Below, piece by piece: positions 37,998 to 47,416 of a stretch of 64,000 nt of DNA. The DNA lies in contig CAINWP010000235.1 of NCBI GenBank assembly GCA_903854475.1, forward strand, positions 649 to 64,648. The letters are read 5' to 3'. Every line of letters begins with the position of its first letter. Position 1 is the first letter of the stretch. The DNA is from an uncultured Verrucomicrobiota bacterium. Its GTDB lineage: Bacteria; Verrucomicrobiota; Verrucomicrobiia; Limisphaerales; UBA9464. The position numbers and the translations under genes were made by a program. The notes below the pieces were generated by a model. It had not been told where the DNA came from and made no database searches. It was given only the letters and a program-made list of their open reading frames with translations.

Positions 37998-40900
37998 GCT
38001 TTGGGTGAATCACCGGCCAACGAGAGCAACAGGCGTCGAATTTCTTGCAGGCGCCCCTTGGCGTCGCGTTTGGACAGCCGAGGAAACTGACCACCCACCG
38101 TGACCAGAGTGCCTCGGTGCATGAGCTTCACCTTGCCCTCGGTAACCTCCACCGAAGTGACCCGACATTCGGCCGCGAGAAGCCGCAGCTCATGCGTCTG
38201 GAGCAACAAATCCACCGGCCCTGGCAACGGTCCGAAGCGATCCCGCAGTTCCTGACGCAACACTTCGACACCGGCCTTTTCGGTAACCTGGGCCAGCTTG
38301 CGGTAGACCTCGACTCGCTGGGACGGTTCCCGCACGTAGTCGAGCGGCAGGTACGCCGGAAACTTTCGCCCGTCGTCTTCGTCCAACGGACGCCGAGAGC
38401 CCGAAGACCTTCCCCGGGAGGGCTCTTCATCCGGATCGTCCCAGTAGGTGGCGACACAGCCGTCCCTGGGGATGGATATGTTCAGGGCAGGCTCACTGTC
38501 GGACTTAGAACGACGAGAGTCACTCTTAGCGGACCCTTCTTCACCCGGATTGGTGGCCAGGAAATCCAGCGATACTCGGACCTCGATCCGAGTTCGAACC
38601 GTTTCACCCTTCAACACCGAAATACTCTGACCGAGCAACTGACAATACAGGTCGAAGCCCACCGCAGTGATGTGGCCGCTCTGCTGAGAACCCAACAAAT
38701 TGCCCGCACCGCGGATCTCCAAGTCGCGCATGGCGATCTTGAAACCGCTACCCAGCGCACTGTACTGCTTAATGGCACTCATCCGTTTGCGGGCCTCGGT
38801 CAGCAATTGGGCGTGGCGTGGCAACATCAGGTAGCAATAGGCCTGGTGCTTGTAGCGGCCCACGCGGCCGCGGAGTTGGTACAGTTCGCTCAGACCAAAA
38901 CGATCCGCCCGATCGATGATTATCGTGTTGGCGTTAGGAATATCTAAACCACTCTCGATGATCGTGGTGCTCACTAGCACATCGGCCTCGCCGTTGACGA
39001 AGCGCGTCATCACCTTCTCCAACTCGTCGTCATCCATCTGCCCATGCCCCACCAGAACTCGAGCCTCCGGCACCAGTGTCTTTATCTTGAGTGCCATGGC
39101 CTCGATGGTGGAGACCCGATTGTGCAAGAAGTACACCTGACCGCTCCGATTTAATTCCCGCTGGATGGCATCGCGGATGACCCTCTCATCGTAATTGCCA
39201 ACGATGGTCTCCACCGGCAGGCGATCCTGCGGCGGGGTTTCCAGAGTGCTGAGGTCCCGCGCGCCTGTGAGGGCCAGGTACAGCGTCCGCGGAATAGGAG
39301 TCGCACTGAGGGTCAGCACATCGACAGTCCGGCGTAGCAGTTTGAACTGCTCCTTGTGCTTCACTCCGAACTTCTGCTCCTCGTCCACGATCACCAGTCC
39401 CAGATCCCTAAAAACCATGTCCGCGGAGACGATCCGGTGGGTTCCGATGACGATATCCACCGCTCCGACCGCCGCCGCCTCCATGACGACTTTCTGCTGC
39501 TTGGCCGTCCGGAAACGGCTCATCAATTCGATGCGCACCGGATACTCCGCCATGCGCTCCCGAAAATGGTTGTAGTGCTGCTGAGCTAAGACCGTGGTGG
39601 GCACTAACAACGCCACCTGCTTGCCTCCCATGACCGCCTTGAACGCGGCCCGGATGGCCACCTCGGTCTTGCCAAAGCCCACGTCACCACAAATCAGACG
39701 GTCCATCGGCTTGGGGAGTTCCATGTCGACCTTGGAGGCCGCGATGGCCTTGACCTGGTCGGGCGTCTCCTCGAATTCAAAGCTCGCCTCAAACTCTCTC
39801 TGCCAAGGGGAGTCGACCGAGAACGGGTGGCCCGGCTGAGTGGCCCGCGCCGCCTGCACAGAAAGCAGTTCAGCCGCCAAGTCCCGCACCGACCGCTGGG
39901 CCTGTTCCTTGGCCTTGGTCCAACGAGTACCACCGATAGTACTCAACTGCGGACGCGCCTTGCCCGCGCCCACGTACTTGCTCACTAAGTGCGCCTCAGT
40001 GACCGGCACGTAGAGCTTGGGTGCCTCATCGTGGCTGGAGCTCGCGGCGTATTCGATCACCAGGCATTCCTGACCCCCGCCCGAGGCGCCGGCCTGCCGA
40101 GGCGGTAGCGTCTTAAGGCCCCGGTAAATCCCGATGCCGTGTTGGAGGTGAACTACATAGTCCCCAAGGTCGAAGTCGGTGAAATCCACCTCGAAGGCAT
40201 TGCGCACCGACTGCGCATGATGGGACTTCAAGCGCCGCGGCCGAGACACTTTGTAGCGCCCATAAATCTCCGCATCCGAGACCACAACCCGTCGGGCCAT
40301 TTCGCACAAAAATCCGCGGGAAATGGTACCAGAGAGGACTTCCGGAACCGCTGACGCCGCAGAACCTTCAGCGCCCTCGGTTCCATTGGAGGGCAGAAGT
40401 TCGCGCCACAGTTCTCCGAAGCGTTGAAGCTCGCCGGCATTATTGCAGAAGACCTGAAGATGGTAGCCTTGCCTTAACCACCGCTGCATTTGTTGGAAAA
40501 AGGTCCGTCGCTGCTCCTCGGCAACCTGAGCCGCGGGCAAGGTTGCTCCGATGGGACGGAAGGCATCCAGGGACTCCATGAGCAAATCATTAGGATCGCT
40601 CACTCGTTCCGAGATCGAATCTTCAACCCGAACCCACACGCCCCCGGAGGTCTGAACCCGCAGTTGCAAGGCCTCCCAGGGCTCATGAAACACATCCCCC
40701 TCTCGAACCTGACTGGAGTGGTGTTCTGCTTGGAGAGCCAGCGCCTCCGGTCCGCAGATCACCACGAGCGCGTCTTGGCCCCAGTGCGCATCGAGAGCGC
40801 TCACTGGGGGTGACAGTGCTTCGGACCCGGCCTTGGGACGCAGCAAACTCAGCTCACCGGCCGGTGGAACCACGCACGAGTCGATGGCCTCCAAACGGGT

Positions 40901-41563
40901 CTGGCGGTGGGGATCAAATTCACGAAGCGACTCCAGCTCATCCCCGAAGAACTCCAACCGAACCGGCCAGGGGCGATTGAGAGGCCACAAATCCACAATG
41001 CCGCCACGCCAGGATAGCTCCCCTTTATGGGAGACCTGGGCCTCGGGCTCATAACCCTGCGACTCGAGCCATTCGATGAGGTCTAGCGGGTTCACCGTTT
41101 CTCCCCGACTGAAGGTCCGAGTCCTGGAATTAAAATCGTCGGGAGTAAAGGTGCGCTGCAGCAGGGCCGTCACTGAAGTAATCACCAATCGGCTTTTCGG
41201 AGGAACACCCTCTGCCCGCTGCAGGGCGATCAGCGTTTCGAGCCGTTCGCTAATGATGTCTGCATGGGGCAATCGAGAGTCCTGGGGCAACGTCTCCCAA
41301 GCCGGGAAGAACTGCGGGCGCTCCCCGTCCAGCCACGTGGCTGCATCGGCGTGCAAAAGCTCTTGGGTTTTCAGCGTGTCCGTAATGGCCACCACGTGGC
41401 GGTCCGGATAAAGCCGATGCAACACGGCCACCAGCCATGCCTGCGCCGCCGGAGCCACACTCTGCAGACTCACGACCCCGCCGGCCTCGACTTTTTGGCG
41501 CAACGACTCGACGGCCGGCGATTTCAGCCAGCCTTGCAACACGGTGGGAGATGCGGGATCCAA
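37994..41563 (-). CDS. mfd: Transcription-repair coupling factor
   Basis: 1189 aa. Helicase motifs are LICGDVGFGKTEVAIRAAF, VIVDEEQKFGV, LTLSATPIPRTL and QLRGRVGR. A CarD-like segment is GDYVVHLQHGIG. The start is uncertain (TTG at 41563). Confidence 0.95.
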   Translation of the reverse strand: MDPASPTVLQGWLKSPAVESLRQKVEAGGVVSLQSVAPAAQAWLVAVLHRLYPDRHVVAITDTLKTQELLHADAATWLDGERPQFFPAWETLPQDSRLPHADIISERLETLIALQRAEGVPPKSRLVITSVTALLQRTFTPDDFNSRTRTFSRGETVNPLDLIEWLESQGYEPEAQVSHKGELSWRGGIVDLWPLNRPWPVRLEFFGDELESLREFDPHRQTRLEAIDSCVVPPAGELSLLRPKAGSEALSPPVSALDAHWGQDALVVICGPEALALQAEHHSSQVREGDVFHEPWEALQLRVQTSGGVWVRVEDSISERVSDPNDLLMESLDAFRPIGATLPAAQVAEEQRRTFFQQMQRWLRQGYHLQVFCNNAGELQRFGELWRELLPSNGTEGAEGSAASAVPEVLSGTISRGFLCEMARRVVVSDAEIYGRYKVSRPRRLKSHHAQSVRNAFEVDFTDFDLGDYVVHLQHGIGIYRGLKTLPPRQAGASGGGQECLVIEYAASSSHDEAPKLYVPVTEAHLVSKYVGAGKARPQLSTIGGTRWTKAKEQAQRSVRDLAAELLSVQAARATQPGHPFSVDSPWQREFEASFEFEETPDQVKAIAASKVDMELPKPMDRLICGDVGFGKTEVAIRAAFKAVMGGKQVALLVPTTVLAQQHYNHFRERMAEYPVRIELMSRFRTAKQQKVVMEAAAVGAVDIVIGTHRIVSADMVFRDLGLVIVDEEQKFGVKHKEQFKLLRRTVDVLTLSATPIPRTLYLALTGARDLSTLETPPQDRLPVETIVGNYDERVIRDAIQRELNRSGQVYFLHNRVSTIEAMALKIKTLVPEARVLVGHGQMDDDELEKVMTRFVNGEADVLVSTTIIESGLDIPNANTIIIDRADRFGLSELYQLRGRVGRYKHQAYCYLMLPRHAQLLTEARKRMSAIKQYSALGSGFKIAMRDLEIRGAGNLLGSQQSGHITAVGFDLYCQLLGQSISVLKGETVRTRIEVRVSLDFLATNPGEEGSAKSDSRRSKSDSEPALNISIPRDGCVATYWDDPDEEPSRGRSSGSRRPLDEDDGRKFPAYLPLDYVREPSQRVEVYRKLAQVTEKAGVEVLRQELRDRFGPLPGPVDLLLQTHELRLLAAECRVTSVEVTEGKVKLMHRGTLVTVGGQFPRLSKRDAKGRLQEIRRLLLSLAGDSPKA

Positions 41564-41642
41564 GCCCGGAAAGAATACCCTGAAACTATCGGATAGCGAT
41601 TTTGGAATTGAGCCGTCGGTCGATGCGTTGCCCGATTGCCTG

Positions 41643-42554
41643 ATGTCATCAAGTGCTTGCGTAGAAATCCGGGATCAAACCGGAGCCATGGCCCAAGTGC
41701 GGCCCGAGCTGGGTGGGTGGCTCGTCCGATACCAGAGACCCCTCCCCGGCCATGGCCTCGTGGAGGCTCTGCATCACGACGACGCAGTCATTGCTCGATA
41801 CCCCCGCGAGATGTGGGCGGGCAGCCCCCTACTCTTTCCAATCGTGAGCTACAACCACGTACCCGGCGCCGACCACCATTACCCCTGGGCTGGCCAAAAC
41901 CATCCGATGCCAGCGCATGGATTTGCCCGAAAAACTCCCTGGAAGGTCACGGCCCAAGAAACCGATCAAGTCCAACTCGAACTCACCGACAGCGACGCCA
42001 CCCGGGCGGTTTTCCCTTTCGCCTTTCGCTACCGCCTGACCTACCGGCTTCAAGAAGGTCGGCTGCATTGGCAGCAAGTTATCGAGAATCTCTCCACTGA
42101 ACCCATGCCCTTCGGCGTCGGATTCCACCCCTATTTACCGATGCCCCTGAGCGCAGGATCCAAGCGGAGCGACTGCGTCATCCGTATTCCCCGAGCCACC
42201 CGCTTTAATCCGATCGGACGCGGCGACGCCTATTTTTCAGAACCGTTCCCCGAACAGGAATTACCAGCCACCGTGGACACCGGAGCCACCCTGCTCCTAG
42301 GAAACCTCCGGAGCCAAGAACTGGCCCTGGTTGACCGGGCAGCCCGCCTAGAAGTGGTCGTTAACTGGGAAGGGGCACCGGCCTACCGCTTCTGCGCACT
42401 CTGGTCGCGAACGCCCTCGGAAAATTTCTACTGCCTAGAACCCTGGACGTGCCTGCCCAACGCCTTCAGTCGACCGGACGACCGTGAGCTGCAAATCCTG
42501 GCGCCCGGTCAATCGTTTCAAGCATCGATGTGGATGGAAGTCCGTCCCTGCTGA
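41643..42554 (+). CDS. Aldose 1-epimerase (galactose mutarotase-like) family protein
   Basis: From the ATG at 41643. Motifs LLFPIVSY, HGFAR and GVGFHPYL are typical of the family. Confidence 0.75.
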   Translation: MSSSACVEIRDQTGAMAQVRPELGGWLVRYQRPLPGHGLVEALHHDDAVIARYPREMWAGSPLLFPIVSYNHVPGADHHYPWAGQNHPMPAHGFARKTPWKVTAQETDQVQLELTDSDATRAVFPFAFRYRLTYRLQEGRLHWQQVIENLSTEPMPFGVGFHPYLPMPLSAGSKRSDCVIRIPRATRFNPIGRGDAYFSEPFPEQELPATVDTGATLLLGNLRSQELALVDRAARLEVVVNWEGAPAYRFCALWSRTPSENFYCLEPWTCLPNAFSRPDDRELQILAPGQSFQASMWMEVRPC

Positions 42555-42575
42555 CGCACCCTCTCCTCTGACCAA

Positions 42576-42610
42576 AACGCCCGGAACGGCACAAAGCCAT
42601 TCCGGGCGTT
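42576..42610. terminator. 11-bp-stem hairpin between convergent genes; candidate bidirectional terminator
   Basis: AACGCCCGGAA (42576-42586) is the perfect reverse complement of TTCCGGGCGTT (42600-42610), with a 13-nt loop. It is flanked by CCAAAA on the left and an AT-rich stretch CCTAATATT on the right. Confidence 0.55.
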
Positions 42611-42635
42611 CCTAATATTCCCGATCCGGAATTGT

Positions 42636-43748
42636 TTAGATCCCGTGGAAGTTCGGCAGGTGCAGCTTCTCACCGCCGCGCATCGCGCTCTCGTGCGCCA
42701 GAATGCCCACGAGCGTCCAGTTCACCGACTGATGCAAGTCCGGGAAGCTCGGGCGGTCCTCGATGACACTCATCACAAACTCGTGGACCAAATGCGGATG
42801 GCTGCCGCCGTGGCCGCTGCCTTGAACGAAGCTCAAGTGGACATTCTCACTCATGTCATAGACGCCCTTCGTCGTGAACGGACGAATGGCCTCAGGCAGC
42901 AAGTGGGCATAATCCGGAATCTTCACCTTTTCCACCGTCTCACCACCGAGGTGCAACACCGGGTCATCGTGCTCGGTGAGCTGCCACTCGAAGGAAGTCT
43001 TGGAGCCATAGCAGTCGAAGCTTTCCTGATACTGGCGCGCGGCATCGAACAAATACCGCGTGACCTCACCGGCAACATCTTGGCTACGGACCTTGAAATG
43101 GGCTGTCTCAAAGGAGAACGGAGAACCGTACTTGGCGATGCCGGACTCCGAGATGCGGCCTGACCCAAGGCAGGACACGAACTCAGCCTCCCCATTGACG
43201 ATACCCAAGCAGGGGCTGACGCAGTGCGTCGCATAGTGCATCGGAGGCAATCCCTCCCAGTAACCGGGCCACCCTTCCATGTTCTGGAGGTGGCTTCCGC
43301 GAACAAACTGGATACGTCCCAAACGACCGGTATCCCGCAGTTCCCGCACATACAAATACTCCCGGCTCCAGACCACCGTCTCCATCATCATGTACTTCTT
43401 CCCGCTCTCACGAGCCGCCTTCACGATCTCGCGAGCTTCCTCGACGGTGGTGCACGCCGGCACTGTGCAAGCCACATGCTTGCCCGCGCGCAGAGCGGCG
43501 ATGGCCTGCGGCGCGTGCAAGTGAATGGGCGAATTAATATGCACCGCATCCACCAACGGATCGCGGATTAAGTCCTCAAAGGACGTGTAACGCTTCTCCA
43601 CTCCGAAGGCATTTCCCACCGCATCCAACTTGTCCTGGGAGCGCTGGCAAATGGCGTACATCTCAGCATGGGGATGGCGTTGATAGATGGGGATGAACTC
43701 GGAACCGAATCCGAGTCCGACAATGGCGATATTGAGTTTTCGACTCAT
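42636..43748 (-). CDS. Gfo/Idh/MocA-family oxidoreductase
   Basis: The ATG at 43748 gives MSRKLNIAIVGLGFGSEFIPIYQRHP (Rossmann fold). 370 aa. Confidence 0.88.
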   Translation of the reverse strand: MSRKLNIAIVGLGFGSEFIPIYQRHPHAEMYAICQRSQDKLDAVGNAFGVEKRYTSFEDLIRDPLVDAVHINSPIHLHAPQAIAALRAGKHVACTVPACTTVEEAREIVKAARESGKKYMMMETVVWSREYLYVRELRDTGRLGRIQFVRGSHLQNMEGWPGYWEGLPPMHYATHCVSPCLGIVNGEAEFVSCLGSGRISESGIAKYGSPFSFETAHFKVRSQDVAGEVTRYLFDAARQYQESFDCYGSKTSFEWQLTEHDDPVLHLGGETVEKVKIPDYAHLLPEAIRPFTTKGVYDMSENVHLSFVQGSGHGGSHPHLVHEFVMSVIEDRPSFPDLHQSVNWTLVGILAHESAMRGGEKLHLPNFHGI

Positions 43749-43996
43749 GATAGGAAAAGGGTGCAGCACGGCGTGTTGCTCACGAAATCCGCACTGAGAT
43801 CAGCTACGAATCAAACGCACCCATCCCCCGCCCGGCAACGCGAAACTAGATCCTCTATCCAACCGAAACCTCCCCGTCGAATCCGATCCAATTCAAATCC
43901 TGGACCGACTCACACCTCCCACCCGCACACCCCCGGGCGCAGCGGGTCCGTTCCCGCGCAGCCCCCCCCGAAGGACACCACTACAGTTTGAAGTGG

Positions 43997-44028
43997 CACC
44001 TTTTGTGTAAATAGGTGAGACCGACCCC
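43997..44028. repeat. Left copy of a 32-nt inverted repeat element
   Basis: CACCTTTTGTGTAAATAGGTGAGACCGACCCC matches the reverse complement of 60537-60568 at 31 of 32 positions. It is preceded by TTTGAAGTGGCA (43987-43998), which recurs at 60584-60595. Confidence 0.9.
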
Positions 44029-44064
44029 AAGCCCTCTCAACTCCGCAAGTCGCGAGAAAGCCAC

Positions 44065-45372
44065 TCAGCGTCGATAAGCCTCAGCCAGCAGAGTCACCGG
44101 ATGAGCCACCCGCAGCTCAAGCCCCCGATCCCGACACCCGTTGATGAGTTGGAGCAAACAACCAGGATTACCCGTGGCGACCACCTGAGCCCGCGTAGTG
44201 ACAATGTGATTCACCTTCCGCTGCAGCAACTGGCCCGCCATTTCCGGCTGCGTCAGGTTGTAGATACCGGCACTGCCGCAACACCACGCAGCCTCGGTCA
44301 ATTCCACCAGACGCACCCCAGGAATCGCCCGCAACAACGACCGAGGCTGCGCAGAGATCTTCTGACCATGACAGAGGTGGCAAGACTCGTGGTAAGTCAC
44401 CACTTGCTGCGGAGCACCCGCCACCGCCGGAGTCTCGATACCCGTGAATGCCAACCATTCGTGAATGTCCTTCACCTTTGCATCCCAAAGCCTAGCCCGA
44501 TCGATATAGCGGGCATCATCGGCCAACAGGCGCGCGTAGTGCTTGAGATGGGAACCACAACCCCCAGCGTTGCTAATAATCGCGTCGAAAGATTCAGGCG
44601 GGAATTGTTCAATGTTCCGCCGGGCCAATTCCTGCGCCAACTCCCACTCACCGTTATGCGCGTGGAGCGATCCACAGCAATGCTGGTCCGGCGGGGTAAT
44701 CACCTCACAACCATTGCGGGCCAGGACTTCGGCCGTGTCGCGATTGACGTCACTGAAGATCAAGTCCTGGGCGCAGCCGGCGAGCAGCGCGACTCGGTAA
44801 CGACGAACCCCCTGAGCACGAGTCACAGGCGCAACCAGGTCCTCGGTCCACTGGGCTTGCACCGGTGGGGTCATGGCTTCCAGTTCACGCAGACGCCGGG
44901 GCAGCAACCGAGTCAGGCCCAGAGCCCGTACTGCCGACTGAAGCCCCAGGCCCTGCCAAAGTTGCATCACTCGGCCCAAGAGCTTCAGCCGGTTCAAGTC
45001 CATGAAGAGCCCCCGAAGGCTCAGGGCCCGGATCAACGACCGACCAGGTGTGGCCAACACCCGAGAGGCCTCCGCCTCAGCCCGCGCCCGCTCGAAGAGT
45101 TCCGCATAGTCCACCCCCGCCGGACAGGCCGTCATGCAAGCCAGACATCCGAGGCAGTAATACATCTCGTCGGCGAAGGTCTTGGTGGGCTTCAAACGGT
45201 CATCAGCGATGGCCCGCATGAGGGCGATTCGACCCCGCGGAGAATGCCGTTCGAGTTTCGTTGCGTCGTAGGTCGGACACGTCGGAAGGCACAGTCCACA
45301 ATGCATGCATTGCTGGACGACCGAGTAATCCAAAGCCTTGAGGTGCGAGGACGACGACGGTGAGGAAGCCAT
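44065..45372 (-). CDS. glcF: Glycolate oxidase iron-sulfur subunit-like protein (2x 4Fe-4S plus 2 CCG domains)
   Basis: CMHCGLCLPTCPTYD...PRGRIALMRA and CLGCLACMTACPAGV are the ferredoxin motifs. The C-terminal Cys-rich CCG motifs are HCCGS and WCCGSAG. No glcD or glcE lies next to it. Confidence 0.8.
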   Translation of the reverse strand: MASSPSSSSHLKALDYSVVQQCMHCGLCLPTCPTYDATKLERHSPRGRIALMRAIADDRLKPTKTFADEMYYCLGCLACMTACPAGVDYAELFERARAEAEASRVLATPGRSLIRALSLRGLFMDLNRLKLLGRVMQLWQGLGLQSAVRALGLTRLLPRRLRELEAMTPPVQAQWTEDLVAPVTRAQGVRRYRVALLAGCAQDLIFSDVNRDTAEVLARNGCEVITPPDQHCCGSLHAHNGEWELAQELARRNIEQFPPESFDAIISNAGGCGSHLKHYARLLADDARYIDRARLWDAKVKDIHEWLAFTGIETPAVAGAPQQVVTYHESCHLCHGQKISAQPRSLLRAIPGVRLVELTEAAWCCGSAGIYNLTQPEMAGQLLQRKVNHIVTTRAQVVATGNPGCLLQLINGCRDRGLELRVAHPVTLLAEAYRR

Positions 45373-45400
45373 GAGGACAGTGGTTTAGGATTAGACTATT

Positions 45401-47350
45401 TTAAGACTGCGCGGCAGCGGCTCGAACCGCCTCCAATTCTTCCCAGCGGGAATAGAGCGTGGCCACCCCGGCCTTGGCTGTCTCCAGCTCGGCCATAAGC
45501 GTTTGCATCCGGGCTCCATTCTTGCGGATGAAGTCCGGATCCAAGAACTGCGCCTCACGCTCAGTCACCTGAGCCTCGGCCACCTGGATCACCGCCTCGA
45601 TACCCTCCAACTCCCGCTGTTCCTTAAAGCTGAGCTTTCGAATCTTACCCGCCTTCGGTGTCGAGGCCGACCCCGCGAGCTTGAATTCACGACCACCGGA
45701 ACTCGAGGCGACCCGCCGCCGTTTCTCCAAATAGTAGTCGTAGTTGCCCTCACTGAAGACAACCCGACCCTCGCCCTCGAACGCCAATATACCGGTGCAC
45801 ACCCGGTTGAGGAAATAGCGGTCATGGCTCACCACCAGCACGCACCCTGGGAAGAACGTCAGTGCCTCCTCCAGAATCCGCATGGTTTGTAAATCGAGGT
45901 CATTCGTCGGCTCGTCCAGAACCAGGAAATTGCCGCCCCGCTTGAGCACCCGCGCTAATAACAGCCGGCTGCGCTCGCCCCCGCTGAGGTGCTTTACCTG
46001 AGTGGTGATGCGATCATCAGTAAAGAGGAACCGCTTGAGGTAGCCCCGCAGGGAGAGTTTTTCCTCACCCCATTGGACCCATTCGGTGCCGTCACTCACC
46101 TCTTCCAGAACGGTCCGTTCTTCGTTCACCCGAAGTCGGCCTTGATCGACGTAGTTAAACCGCGTCAAGGATCCAATGCGCACTTCCCCCTCGGTCGGCG
46201 GCATCTCACCCAGAAGGATTCGCAACAACGTCGTCTTGCCCAATCCATTGCGGCCGGTCACTCCAATGCGAGTACCACCGGCGAAATTCAGGCTGAGATC
46301 TGAGAACAGACGACGTCCCCCGAACTGCATGCCCACGCCCTCAATTTCCACCACCCGGTTACCGAGCGGTGGCGGCGGTGGGATGACCAGTTCCATCTCG
46401 GATTCGGAGGGCGGCGGGCCCGCACTGTCGGCGGCGGAAAATCGATCCAGACGCGCCTGACTCTTGCTCGTCTGAGCCTTGGGACGACGACGCACCCACT
46501 CAATCTCGCGCCGCAGAAACATCTGGCGCTTATGTTCAGTGACCTCCTCGGTGGCCAGCTTCTCGGCCCGCTGGAGCAAGTATTCCGAGTAGTTGCCATC
46601 GTAGCGTTCAAACTTGCCGTTGCGCAGTTCGACAATGGTGGTGGCCACAGAGTCGAGAAAATGCCGGTCATGGGTGACCACCAACAGGCCACCCGGATAG
46701 CCCGCCAGGAACTCCGTGATCCATTCCACCGATTCGGTGTCCAAATGGTTGGTCGGCTCATCAAGCATCAAGAAGTCTGGCCGGGCGATCAGGGCGCGGG
46801 ACAGAGCCACCCGACGCCGTTCTCCACCGGACAATTCGCCGATTAGCCGATCATCCGGCGGGCAGCCCAACTGATTCAGGGCCGTGCGAACCCGGGAATC
46901 AACCGTCCAGCCCTCCAGTTGCTGGATACGCTCTTCCAAATGGTCATGCCGACTAGAATGACCCGGGAGATTCTCAAATTCATGAATGAGGGAGAGGACA
47001 TGTCGCGCCCCATCGCGCGCGGCCTCGAGGACTGTGAGTTTGGAATCCAGTTCAAATGCCTGAGGCAAATAACCGGTGACCAGGTCCCTGCGTCGGGTGA
47101 TCACACCGTCATCCACCTCGGCTTCACTGGCCAAGATTCGCATGAAAGTCGATTTGCCAGCACCGTTGCGACCCACAAGCCCGATGCGATCCCCTGCCGA
47201 CAAAGCCAAAGAGGCCCGATCCAATAGGGCTCGATCGTTGATGTTCAGGACCAAGTCCTGAGCGGAAATAAGCACGCCTTCGTTCACAATGAGGATTCGA
47301 AGATACACGAGAACCGGCCACGGAGCCATGGACGCTTTCAGCTTTCCCAC
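45401..47350 (-). CDS. ABC-F family ATPase (two ABC domains, no TM domain; Uup/EttA-like)
   Basis: Walker A occurs twice (GRNGAGKST and GRNGLGKTT) and the signature twice (LSGGERRR and LSGGERSR). There is a C-terminal coiled coil. The true start is probably downstream of the track start (e.g. the GTG at 47275 giving VLISAQDL, or the ATG at 47329). Confidence 0.9.
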   Translation of the reverse strand: MGKLKASMAPWPVLVYLRILIVNEGVLISAQDLVLNINDRALLDRASLALSAGDRIGLVGRNGAGKSTFMRILASEAEVDDGVITRRRDLVTGYLPQAFELDSKLTVLEAARDGARHVLSLIHEFENLPGHSSRHDHLEERIQQLEGWTVDSRVRTALNQLGCPPDDRLIGELSGGERRRVALSRALIARPDFLMLDEPTNHLDTESVEWITEFLAGYPGGLLVVTHDRHFLDSVATTIVELRNGKFERYDGNYSEYLLQRAEKLATEEVTEHKRQMFLRREIEWVRRRPKAQTSKSQARLDRFSAADSAGPPPSESEMELVIPPPPPLGNRVVEIEGVGMQFGGRRLFSDLSLNFAGGTRIGVTGRNGLGKTTLLRILLGEMPPTEGEVRIGSLTRFNYVDQGRLRVNEERTVLEEVSDGTEWVQWGEEKLSLRGYLKRFLFTDDRITTQVKHLSGGERSRLLLARVLKRGGNFLVLDEPTNDLDLQTMRILEEALTFFPGCVLVVSHDRYFLNRVCTGILAFEGEGRVVFSEGNYDYYLEKRRRVASSSGGREFKLAGSASTPKAGKIRKLSFKEQRELEGIEAVIQVAEAQVTEREAQFLDPDFIRKNGARMQTLMAELETAKAGVATLYSRWEELEAVRAAAAQS

Positions 47351-47416
47351 GGTCCGGATCTGATCAGTACAAATTCGATTCCCAAGAATGAGTCCATTTC
47401 ACCGCCTCGACATTGA

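Noticed and set aside
43994-44008. A sigma-54-like -24 element, TGGCAC, followed by CTTTTGTGT.
   Set aside because: The -12 TTGC element is absent at the required spacing. There is also no + strand gene downstream for more than 3 kb.
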